Of a stretch of 64,000 nt of DNA, positions 1-11,399 are shown in pieces. How positions within the stretch are numbered: the first letter of the stretch is position 1; each line of letters begins with the position of its first letter. Source of the stretch: Geosiphon pyriformis uo1 (Eukaryota > Fungi > Glomeromycota); NCBI GenBank assembly GCA_016748015.1, contig JAAOMT010000135.1:637326-701325 (forward strand), written 5' to 3'. The notes under the pieces were generated by a model. The model saw nothing but the letters and a program-made list of their open reading frames with translations. It was not told the DNA's origin and made no database searches. A program made the position numbers and the translations under genes.

Positions 1-980
1 GAGGTTTTTGGTCTCTTTTCTGTAATGTTGTTAATACTTATTTGCTGTGAATTCACGTTTTCTGGATGTGGTTGAACCTCCAATAACTGAATTTATCTTC
101 AAATTATCTCCTATAATTTGAACTGCTGGGCTTATAAGTGGAATAGCCAATTTCTTGCCAGTTACTTTATGTAGTTACATTGTAGTAAATGTCAACTCTT
201 TCCCAGGAATTGCTCGTTTGGAAGCTCACTAAAATGTATAGTTACTTTGCTATAAAAGTCAACTCTTCTACAGAAATCTTGTCTGTAGGCTACCCTAATG
301 ATTGTAATAAGAAAAATAAAAGAAAACTAAAAAAAATGTAAAAGAAATAGAATTTTGTCAAGGGAAACGTTTTCTATCTAGGTCTGGAGTCACTAACAGT
401 TTACTGAAATTGGTAGCTAATTAATTTCGAAATGTTAGTTGGGTTTTTTTTGGGGGTTTTTCCAAGTACAATAATTAAAGAATTTGGTTTTTCGAATTAT
501 TTGATATTTTATTTTTTTTTGTGTGTATAGGAACAGTTTTTAAGAGATAAATCTAAAAAGTAAGATACATTTTCTCGAAGAGAGAAGCTCTTCTTTTATA
601 CAACTTGTTGTAACACTATTCTATGAACTTGAACTTTGCTATTTTCTACAATTTCGCTAAACTAAAGATACATTTTGGCGAATTACAAGTTATTTCGGCG
701 AACTATTAGATATTTTGATGAACTATCAATTATTTCGGCGAATTTCTACAAATTTTGGCAAACTTCTGAATGTTACATAGTTTGGGGTATTGCATGATTG
801 ATCATCACAATTAGGTTATATTTGTGTTGTGTATAATTTGGGTTATTAATTAAATGATAATTTCGGACATTTTTGCTAATATAATAAGTAATCATTTGAA
901 ACGATAATATATGCTAATTAATGATAGGAATTATAAGATAATTTCATGCTAAATAATATCTCTAATTTTGTCTGGTAACA
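1..980 (-). mobile_element. LTR of Gypsy-type family C, cut by the window edge; inserted into a LINE 3' tail
   Basis: Ends in ...GGTAACA at 980 (TGTTAC on the minus strand). It is homologous in inverted orientation to 3016-3955 and 48787-49744, and carries ~20-bp tandem repeats at 650-770. LINE tail sequence resumes at 981. Confidence 0.7.
650..770. repeat. Imperfect ~20-21 bp tandem repeat (ATTTCGGCGAACTA...) in LTR C
   Basis: About six units, each starting ATTT(C/T)G(G/C)CGAA; degenerate versions at ~3220-3320 and ~48995-49115. Confidence 0.75.
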
Positions 981-1084
981 ACGTGTAGAAAGAGCATGAT
1001 TCATACTTAGTTTATGTCATTTCTTTGATGTATAGCTCTAGGTAGTGTTTGGATCTCACTCATAAAACATTAATAAAAAAAAAA
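981..1084 (+). mobile_element. LINE 3' tail remnant ending in poly(A)
   Basis: CGTGTAGAAAGAGCATGA...CTAGGTAGTGTTTGGATC...TAATAAAAAAAAAA matches the tails at 23990-24126 and 48076-48217. Confidence 0.75.
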
Positions 1085-1499
1085 TGTATGTTTCATTTAA
1101 AATAGCCAGTTTGTATTTGTGTTTTTGGTTCTCTCTTTATAAATAATATTATATATATAGAATTATAAGATAGTAATTTATCTGGTATAATATTCTTTCA
1201 AAGAGTTTTTGTTTATTAACTAAGTAAGTTTTTTGTAATCTGTGATAATATTTAATGGATTACATAGTAAATATTGTTTGAAATATTTTACAGTCTATAC
1301 AATTACAAGGCATTCTACTTTATGAACTGTATAATTTTTTTTGGCTATGCTTAAATCTTTACATATATATACAATTATATGTTTTTTTTTTGTAATAATA
1401 TAACACCTAGATTTGTTCTAAAGACATTAATTATAAGTACAAATTTTTTGGTAAAGTTGAAATATATTAAAATAGAAGCTTTAGTGGACTTTTTTTTCA

Positions 1500-3015
1500 A
1501 ATAATTGAATACTTATTCTTGTTTTTTACTTTATTTTCATTTTGTATTTTTAACTAATAATTGATTTAATAGTTGAGTCACTGTTGAAAAATCTTTGATG
1601 AATCTTCAATAATATAAAACAAATCCTAAAAATCTTTAAAGTTCAGTCAGATTCTAAAAATAAGAAAATTTTTTAATTTTCTTAATTTTTATGAGATTAA
1701 GTTTTATTCTATTTTTTTAATAATGTGTCTTAAAAAAATAAATTGTGATTTTTTAAAAAAGTATTTTTTGAAATTAAGTTTTAGTCCAGCAGTCCAAAGT
1801 TTTTTGAAGACTTGCTATAGATGTTTAAGATGCTCTTTAAATATTGACAAGAACACATTTGTGTTGTTCAAGTAAACTATTATGAATATTTACAAAACTC
1901 TAGAGTAAACAATATTTATTAGCCATTAAAATATTGCAAAAACATAAATTAATCCAAATAACATTATATTAAATTTGTAATTGTTATTTTGAGTTATAAA
2001 AATAGTTTTTTTTAGTTATTGAAGTTTATAACTATTTGTTAATATTTACTAATAAAATCTAAAGTTAAAAACTATTTAGATTTCTTAAAGTATCTAAAAT
2101 TTTATCAATTCATGATAAGAGATAAACATTTTTTTTGGTAATATTATTGAGTTTCTTATAGTCAACACAGAATCAAATTTTTTCATTCTTTTTTTATATT
2201 AAGATAACAAATAAAGACTATAGACTTATAAAAGATTGTATAAATTCGTTTTTTAACATTTAATTAACTTTTTTTTTTTATAAAATTATGTTTAGATAGT
2301 GGTATTTAGTAGGTATATTACTTAATAGGTAATGTATTTTTTGTATAAATCTAATAATAAACCAAATTAATTTATTTAAACTCATTTTTTTTGGCAAAAA
2401 TATCTGAGTATTTTAAGATAAATGCTTTTAATTGTTTTTGTTATAAAGGATCTAATCATCTAAAATTAAGCTTAATTAATTTTTCATTAATTATTTAGTA
2501 GTATTTAGTATTTGGTTTTAATAGAATTGGTTTAGTTTTACAATATAGCACCAATTAAAGAAAGTTAAAAATTTTTTGGAGTTTATGTTAATTAATAATA
2601 TCTGTGCTTAGATATTTTAGGACCATATTTTCAGATAAGTTGTAAATAGATATTTCTATTTACAAGTAGTTATAATATAGTATATACAGATTAGTAAAAC
2701 CAATTAGAAATTGTTTATAAAAAAAAATATATGACTTGAATAAAAAATCTTTTTTTGTTGCTTTCTTGTAAGTGTTGAATAAGTACATTCTAAATAATAA
2801 GATTGTAATTATTCTATTAATTCGGATTATGTCTAAGTTTTCTTGTGTTGTTTCTATATAGTCAATAAATAATATAACTGTTTCTATAAAACCAAAATCT
2901 TGAATTTCATGTTTGGTTTTTCTTAGTTTTTCTTAAATCTTAGTGATGATTAATTTGGTTCAATTACATATAATTGGTTTAATTTATTATATAATAAGAC
3001 TATAAGATTTTTTGT
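1500..3015 (-). pseudogene. Highly degenerate Gypsy pol fragment (dUTPase C-terminus to RT)
   Basis: Minus-strand translation gives IIVYLNNTNVFLSIFKEHLKHL*QVFKKLWTAGLKLN (YxDD region, ~1770-1890), YSDIFAKK (~2400) and KHEIQDFGFIE (dUTPase motif V-like, ~2880-2920). Confidence 0.6.
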
Positions 3016-3955
3016 TGTTATTAGTAGAATTTTAGACATTAAATAACATAAAATTACTCTTATAATTTTTATTATTAATTAACATATATTATTATTATTC
3101 AAATTATTACTTATTGTTTAATCAAAATTATTGAAAATTACTATTCAATTAATAATCTAATTTGTATAATAAAAATTAGGATAATCAAACTACATAATAC
3201 ACTGAACTATGTAATATTTAAAAATTCGCCAAAATTTGTAGAAATTTGTTAAAATAATAGATAGTTTACTGAAATAATTAATAGTTTGTCAAAATAACTT
3301 GTAATTTGTTAAAATTATAACAAAAAAAAAGTTCAAATTCAGAGACTAATACTATAACAAATTGTATAAAAAAAAGTTTTTCTCTTTAAAAAAATATATC
3401 TGATCTTAAATTTATCTCTATTAATACTATTTAATAAAAACATATTTTGAAAAAACAAATTTTATAAACATTATTATGCTTAAAATTTTCAAAATACCAC
3501 CTATATTTTGAAATTAATTAACTACTAATTTTAATAATCTGTTAATAATTTCAGACTTAAACAGAAAACAATTCTTTTAACAAAATTCTATTTCTTTTAT
3601 ATTTTTTTTATTATAATTATTAGAATAGTCTATAAATAAAATTCCAATAAAAAAATTGATTTTTATAGCAAAGTAACTACACATTTTTAGTAAGCTTTCA
3701 GATAAGCAATTTCTGAAAAAAGTTGACTTTTACTACAAAATAACTACATAAAATAACTAGTACAAAATTGACTATTCTACTTATAAACTCAGTAGTTCAA
3801 ATTATAAGAAATAATTTAAAGATAAATTCAGTTATTAAAAGTTTAACAGCTTTTAAAAAATATGAATTAACAGCAAACTAACATTAATAATATTAAAAAA
3901 AAAAGACCAAAAACTTTCAGTAATATTTAATGCTTTTCTATAAATTAATATAACA
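3016..3955 (+). mobile_element. Family C LTR, probably solo, degenerate
   Basis: TGTTA...TAACA ends; colinear with the reverse complement of 1-980; no PBS follows; no clear TSD. Confidence 0.65.
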
Positions 3956-4974
3956 ATAATAACTTTAAAGTAATGACTATATAAAACATAATAACTTTAG
4001 AGTACTATTAGTTAATTTACACTTACTATAAACAATAATTTGGAATCCAAGATAAAATTATAGCTTTTAAAAAAATACTTTTTTAGTATATTGAAAACTG
4101 AATTAATAATTATCTCTTTAAAAATTACAATATCACAAAAATTAAATAAAATTTTCTTGAAAACCTTATTTATTACTCGAATGAAAACCCAAAAAACATT
4201 AATGCTAAAAGTTGTATTACTTATTTTAAAGAACTTGATTATAACATTATTAAGTTTTATGAAAAAAAGTATTTTGTTGATTTACAATTTATTTTTAAAC
4301 TTGAGTCTAAATCTAAAACAAATATTATAAAAATTTAAAAAAGTTGTTTTTAAACTATAAATTTTTATTCTTTGTTTTAATTATAATTATAAAAATATAA
4401 AAAAATATTTTTTAATTTTTTAATATTTTATAACAAAATTAAATTATTAAATTAAATTTTTAAATAAAATATTATTACCAAATTAAGAATAATAAACAAA
4501 TAAATATTAAAATTCTTAAAAATTAATTATTAATGTTTTTTATAACAAATTATTAATTTTAAAATAATTAAAAAATTTAATATTTTAATTTATAAATAGA
4601 AATTTGAAAATTAATAATAAAAAATATGTAATTTTAACAAATTTAAGAAATAATATATTAAAATTTTAAATCTTAAAAACTAAATATAAAAAATAGATTA
4701 ATTAAAAATATAAAAAACAGTTTTGTTTTAAGTTATTTGAATTTTATAAGTTTAAAAAACCAGCACAAATAATTTTAAATTTTAACTATTAGTTTGAATT
4801 TTAAGTTTATATAATAGTATAATTTTAATTAATTTAAGTAATTAATTATACATAAATTATATTTATTTTTATAATATATTATGTTACATATTTATAAATA
4901 GAATTTAATTTAATATTATAAAAAATTAAGCAAAATTTCAAAAATTAAAATTTTAACAATTAAATTTTTGTAGC

Positions 4975-5030
4975 CACCAATGCGTTATATTAGCCCACGT
5001 GAACAGGCATATCTGATAAGAAATCAGATT
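4975..5030 (+). promoter_or_regulatory. Candidate SPT7 promoter elements: CCAAT (4977), E-box CACGTG (4996-5001), inverted repeat ATCTGAT-N5-ATCAGAT (5011-5029)
   Basis: The motifs sit where the extremely AT-rich DNA ends, ~200 bp upstream of the ATG; function is not shown. Confidence 0.3.
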
Positions 5031-5210
5031 ACATAGATATGAAATTTAATTTTGGCATTGCATCAAAGATTCAAGTTTAACCCAACGTTGAACCTTCGAC
5101 TCGTGTTCAAACATTCAACACTCCTACATACATTCCTTTACACTTCCCTTTGTCGCACCTCATTTATCTTCTCTCTTTGCACAATTTAATTATACCAAAA
5201 ATTAAGACAA

Positions 5211-8200
5211 ATGGTCTCAAACATATTACAATCAAATCATTCACCGACGGAAGGGGACTTATCGCTAGACGAGCGATCTTTCACTGTGAAAAGTTGGAGA
5301 ATTATAACCGATCCAGCGAACGAAAAATATTTCGTGCGAAATCTCAAGCCAGAATCTTATCGGATTCTCCAAGATGTTAGGACCGACTTATTGCGTTTTC
5401 ACCAGTTCCTCGAAGGTAACATTATGAAGATGTCTAAGGAAAAAGCGAAGGCGAACTGGGACATCCGAGCCTTGGTTTGTCAAAGAGTATTGCCCCCAGA
5501 ATATCAGGAGCCGGATTTGTCCGAAGAAGAGTTTGACTCATGGACCTCTGTATTTGAAACCGGCCGTGGAACGCAGGTATTGATTGAAAGGTCAAGATTT
5601 GAGAAAGGAGGTTGGCATCTAAGCCGAACTACGCGTCATATGTTGAGCGTCTCCAACTTTGACATATCGTTAAAGCATTTTGGAAGGCTCACGCGTTTTT
5701 TCATCAATTCATCAATTTTGTCTTTCGAACACATGATTTATTGTCCCCAGGTTAATACTCCTTCTCCGCAATCATCTGAATATCCTACGCAACAAATCAT
5801 ACCGGCTGAAACGCCGCCGCAACGAGAGGAAGACCTTACACCACTTGTGAGTTTTGTTTGAGTTTTTGCTTATTGATTTGTTATTTCTTATATTAACTTC
5901 GGCTGCTCATGATTTTTCGCTCCCTTTAGCAAATACTTGGGTCCGTATCCCCAAGAATGAAGGCAAATATTTAAATTAGTTTCTTACAGAAATCAGTGAA
6001 AGTTTTTAAGAAGTTTTTCACCTGTCTTTAAATTTGAACAGTATCTTCTTGACAAAATTCAAGAAAAAAGGAGCAATATCAAAATGCCAGATGACGATCT
6101 AAAAGATTTACTTTCCGAAGTTCGGGCGGTTGGTTCTAAATGGGTTTGTAAAAAATTTCCAATTCGTTTACATTATTCTTCTAAGTGATTGATGGACGAA
6201 AAATACATAGATGATTATTTTCTCTTAATAAAGGCCAATAATGAACGTATAGGACAAGCAGAACTTTACGAGGCGATGGATTCGGTATTGACAGCACTCA
6301 AAAACTATACGGTAGCCTTCATTAGTGTCTCACTCTCATTAATAATCTCAATGGAGACTACAATCCTCACCTTCACATCTTAAATTAAAGGAGCACTCAC
6401 AGCCCTTCCTCATCAAAGTCAGCAAACGTGAGGCTCCTGATTATGCTACCAGTAAGATTTTGTTTTTATTTTTTTAATTGGTAGTGATACTTTTCAATGG
6501 CGGTTTTCATCTATTTGTCCCTACTCTCTTAGTTATTTCTAAACCGATGGACCTTGGTACCATTGGAAAAAAGATGAAAAACTACCTATACAATTCAAAG
6601 CAAGATTTCGCGGAAGATCTATATTTGATATACTCAAACTGCCTCAAATACAATACAAATCCAGTATATAAATTACTTTTTCCTGAATTCTTCGATCTCA
6701 AAACACACCGACTGGAAAATTCCTTTTTTATTTCCTTAGGACAACATATATCGCACACACGCTATCGCAATGCAGAAAAAAACAGTCATTCTTTTGCGTA
6801 GTGTTCCTGATATAGTCATCCGTGATCGATCGGAAGTTGATCGTCGTGGTGATGATAACAGAAATGGCATAGAGCAAACCCAAGAAGAGAATATTCATCA
6901 AGAAAGCCATGTAGATACTGGAAAAAGTGTACGGCGTTTTGGGGACCGAAAAATTGGCAAGTAAAAACTTCGATATAACGATATTTTTTGAAAATATCCT
7001 TACTTTCTATTTAAATTTCAAAAAAAGTCATTACGGTTGATGAAGAAGAGGATAATGAATCTAGAGTTGAGATGGATATCACTGAACAAGATGCAGAAGG
7101 AACGACTGATGATGAAGTTGAATATGACGATTATGAGCCTACTGATTTGATCCCTCAGCTTAAGTTGCCAAAGCTCCCGGACCTCTGGGATCCTATAGGT
7201 GATAAAGAGTTGCGTGAGAGAATGTTTGATGAAGAATATACCATGAGGTCAGGATGTAGATACAAAAGGCTTTCATTTCAATTCTGATTTAAATTACTAA
7301 CGACCAATCTATATCATCATTTTTCAGCGTTAAACAACCATCTCTGGATGCTTATTCCTCGGCAAGAATTCCAACTCGCGGTACTGGTGCCTTGATTGAT
7401 CGTAATATCGAGCTTCTCAAAAAAAGTCGGAAAGTTCATGCAAAGCTTGGTGCACTCAAACAAGGCCAGGTAAAAACAAATGATTATTTTTAGGTGTCTC
7501 TGTTCATCTTTCTTGTTTATTTATTATTTATCTTGTTCATATTAGCCAATCAATCCCGCTACCATTTTGAACCATCCCGAGCCTGCATCTGAACGTTCCA
7601 AAACCGAATCACTAAACATCCCGGAAGAAGATTTACCTCCGTTAGTCATGAATAACGAATTGTCCCATGCCTGTATGACCCGAGTTGTTGCGAAGCTATT
7701 AACTCACGCGGGGTTTGAAGGTAATGTGTTACATTATTCATTTCTTAATTCTGATCTCAAACCTTCTATTAAGATATTTTCTCACATATCATTATTTGTT
7801 AATGGCCTTAATTTAGCTGGGCAATCTAGTGCTCTTCAAGTTCTGACCGATGTCGCTGCGGATTATTTTCTCAATCTGGGAAAGACTGTTCGCTCATATC
7901 TTGACGACTATGATAAAGGAATGACCTCAGAGGTAAGTTTGTTCTATCAAGTTATGCGGAAGAAAAACTAGAATTGCTAATATAACATATTTAAATGATA
8001 TTTCCTTTAGGAAATTATTCAACATAGTTTGTTCGAAAATGGGGTTCCTGGAGTTAATACTTTAGAAACTTATGTCAAAGATGAGGTGGAAAGATACGGG
8101 GCCAAACTAGCAGACATCAATAGACGTCTGGAGACAACCTACCATGATACTTTAATGGCAAGCTAAATGTGTTATTATTTATTCTCATTTTTTGTCGCTT

Positions 8201-9427
8201 TATTAATTCCTATTGATTCAAAAGGGTAATCGTGATGGTGAAATTAGAAATAAATCTTTTAGCGAAGATGAGGAGGCCTTTACAACGTAATTCCGATAAT
8301 CCTTATTAGTTCTATTCAATGCAGCATATCGATTTTTCAAGTAATTTTCTATTTCAGGGGAAACTTTACGGAGGCTCTCGGAGAAGATTTTGATTTCTTT
8401 GGATTAAAAGAGATGGGTTTGCCGCATAAAGTTCCTTACGAATTGTTTCGTCCCAAGAGCAAGGTAGAAATGCAGTCAAAAGCTGGACCAGGGTAAGTCT
8501 GCATTATTATATATCTTTTGTAAAGCGATTATAACTCAATGGTTCATTTATAATCCTTTCTATAATAATACGATTTAGTGAAGGCAAAGAAGGTATATAT
8601 ATTGATGACTTTTGTTATATTATTCGTCTTCAGAAATCAGTCCTTCCAGCGTCACTAAAAATTGATTCAAAACTGGCTTTTCGAAATAGCACCAGCATAC
8701 CCGACTCCTCCTCCTTGGTCGCCAGTAAGCGACCTAAAAACTCAAATTGGACTTTTGCAACCGTTCTTCACTAAGAAATTGGAAGAGACAGGAGGCCATT
8801 TAATCGAAGTAATTATTTTGACGCTGCAAAAAACTCTTATAGCTTCAAATAATCTGACAAGATTTTCTGGTTTGCTCTGTATTTAGGATGAGTTTTTACC
8901 ACAAAAACAACGCATTCAGCGCCCCAAAGTCCCTATCACTGGCATAATTCCACGCCAGCCTAAGAACAAGAAGCCAAATAAGCCGCCGGCACAAACTGAT
9001 AATGCTAACAAAGAAAAAAAGCGGAAACGAGAAGCCGATGCAGCCCTAACCGCGGAAAGAGAAGCGAAAAGACGCCTGAAAGAAGAAGAGAAAAAAGAAA
9101 GGGACAAAGCCAAGTAAGCAAATATCATTTTATTTTATTTAAAATTATCTGTAATAAACAATAACCATTTTTAGGGATGAGAACAGGAAGAAAAAGGAAG
9201 CAGAGAAAAAAGAGAAGAAAGAAAAGGCCGCCAAGAAAGCTGCCCAAAAAGGAAAGTCAAAGAAAGCCCGATCATCAAAAGTACCGGATATATCCCCATC
9301 AATTGTGGATTCGATAGAGGAAGTCGCTGAGGAGGACACAGAAACAATGCCCCTACATCGAAGACTCAAACATAAAAAGAGGTCGCGAGCCGATGATCCT
9401 GGAGAAGGATCAAGCAAGGGGGCGTAA
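5211..9427 (+). CDS. SPT7: SAGA complex subunit Spt7 (bromodomain plus histone fold). Predicted exons: 5211-5576, 5751-5846, 5930-5962, 6042-6143, 6234-6311, 6391-6451, 6533-6663, 6740-6956, 7028-7247, 7328-7469, 7546-7720, 7817-7932, 8011-8157, 8225-8286, 8358-8492, 8579-8592, 8690-8808, 8887-9113, 9175-9427
   Basis: Spliced translation gives KYLLDKI...[23 protein letters not shown], the bromodomain [41 protein letters not shown], the histone fold [31 protein letters not shown] and [20 protein letters not shown], all Spt7 hallmarks. Splice sites keep the frame. Confidence 0.92.
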
Positions 9428-9677
9428 ATCAAGATGAAATAGGAGGAGTAATTTTCAGGTGGTCAATAAAAAATTGACCACCACCGATCAAAAGGATATT
9501 TATTTGTTTCATTCAGGTTTCCCATGAGCCACTACCCGCCCAAGAAAAGTTAAGAAACTTATTTTAGATTGGTTATTGCAAAATACCTAGAAATTGTAAA
9601 TATAATTTTTTTCGAAGATAAAATAATTTTTTGTGAAAAAAAATTGACTTTTATGATCACAAATTATAGCCTTCTCG

Positions 9678-9979
9678 CTACAAATATTTTCCAAGCCTTG
9701 CGAGGTGATAGTTGATTGTACTGGTCTTTTTAACTTTGGTGTTCTTAGAAAAAGATAACAGTTTAAGCAGACTCCTAAACTTTTGAAGCAACCTGAACTC
9801 TGAAAATCAAAACCTACCACTGCGCGCATACAATTTGCGAGAGCGGTGGCCGCGACCGCACACTTTGGGTCGTCAACCTGCCTCGTAGTCCAGCACGTTA
9901 ACATGGACGCTAGTTCTGCGGTGCACTCACCGACTTCGATTAACTTACGAGGCTTAACTTTCAACTTTTTTATTTTCAT
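9678..9979 (-). CDS. MRP10: Mitochondrial small-subunit ribosomal protein Mrp10/mS37 (CHCH twin CX9C); exons 9979-9818 and 9743-9678
   Basis: MKIKKLKVKP..ECTAELASMLTCW..DPKCAVAATALANCM, then a GT-AG intron, then NTKVKKTSTINYHLARLGKYL*; the twin CX9C and TINYHLARL motifs are typical. Confidence 0.9.
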
Positions 9980-10639
9980 TAGACGCGTTTTGCTGATGCG
10001 CAGTCACTTCTCTGTTAAAGTTGATATCACTAGCTGAAAAATTTTTATCTTATTTAGGAAATAAGACATTGAATAAGGCAAATCATTATAACATAATCAA
10101 TTCCATTACTCATCTTAGATTTATTCTCAGTAATTTTTTTAGCAATCATTATTTAATTCTCTTAAATGATTAAAATTTTTGCAGTTTTTATTTGTGTAAA
10201 TATAATTAACATTACCAAATATTTTTTAACAAGTTAACATTTTTTTAATTATTTCAAATTTATATATTATATAGAAATTTTTATATGTTTAATTTTTAAA
10301 ATAATATTTACATAGTTTAACTAATTGCAATTTAAAATTAAAAAAATTTTTTGGTTGATTTTTAATTTTTTTATTATTATTATGCAATTACAACTTATCA
10401 CATTTTAACATAAAAACTGAAAAATAAGTATGATTTATGTCTTATTATACATAATTAACCATTTAAGCCAATTAAAATTAATTAATTATTATTTATATAA
10501 GCAAATCAGATAAAATTTTTGTAAACTACTACAAAACTATAAACTAAATTTACAATATTTACAACAATAATATTAACTTGACTAAATTTTTTTAAATTTA
10601 CAAAATTAATTATTAAATATATAACTTTTGATAATAATA

Positions 10640-11399
10640 TATTTTTTTTTATTAAGATTTAATAAACACAATCCAACTATTATCTAGAAATTAAAAACAA
10701 ACTAAAAGCTCTAAGACTAAATATGATTCATGTATTTTTTATATATAATTAGCTACTTAAGCCAATTCAAACTATGCTATATTGTTATAATAGAAGTAAA
10801 CTTATCCAAAGCTAATATTCTTTGAATTATATCAAATAATTTAATACTACAAAATATTAATTCAACCAGTTATTTAACAGTTTTTAAGAGATTAATTTTA
10901 ATACTATTAGGCTTATGTGTTCAAAAAAACATCAAATTAGAAAATGTTTTATTATTAATATTAACTAAAAGATCTGAATTATCAAACATGTTAACATTAT
11001 TTATGCAACACTTTTTTTTTAGCAAAACCATTTTTCTTTTTAATTTACCAATAACTTTGCTAAAAAAATCCAAATAAATTATAAGTTTATTAATTTTAAG
11101 ACTAAAAACACTGCTTAAAACCAAATTATTTTTAATGAATTATTTAAACATAGTAACTAAAAAGCCAACAAACTTAACAATTAACTCAACCAATACAAAA
11201 AGTTTGGCCAAATCAGATTCCAAAAAAAACAATCAAGACAATACTAAAGAGTTACCAATAATAACAAAAATAAGACAGAAGTTATTAGAAGTGAAAACTC
11301 AGAAAAGCTTAAAAGAACAAAAGCTTTGGCATATAATTTAAAGCTTAAAAAATAAAATGTAAACATCTTAAAAGTTTTGAAAGAAAAAAATAAAGACAC
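10640..11399 (-). mobile_element. ORF1-only retroposon, 3' part (ORF1 C-terminus, LINE-type tail, poly(A)); ends at the B1 LTR
   Basis: Colinear with 15550-15980 joined to 24350-24598; poly(T) at 10642-10650 on the plus strand. Confidence 0.7.

Noticed and set aside
1-3955. ~950-bp inverted repeat (1-980 vs 3016-3955) as terminal inverted repeats of a DNA transposon
   Set aside because: The copies differ greatly in decay, have LTR-like TGTTA/TAACA ends, a third copy lies at 48787, and the spacer is Gypsy/LINE debris with no transposase.
4091-4330. 79-aa ORF and other short I/L/F/K-rich ORFs in AT-rich DNA
   Set aside because: Low-complexity products of mutated repeats with no recognisable motifs.
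8916-9432. Minus-strand ORFs 8916-9128 and 9145-9432
   Set aside because: Antisense shadows of the Lys/Glu-rich SPT7 3' exons.
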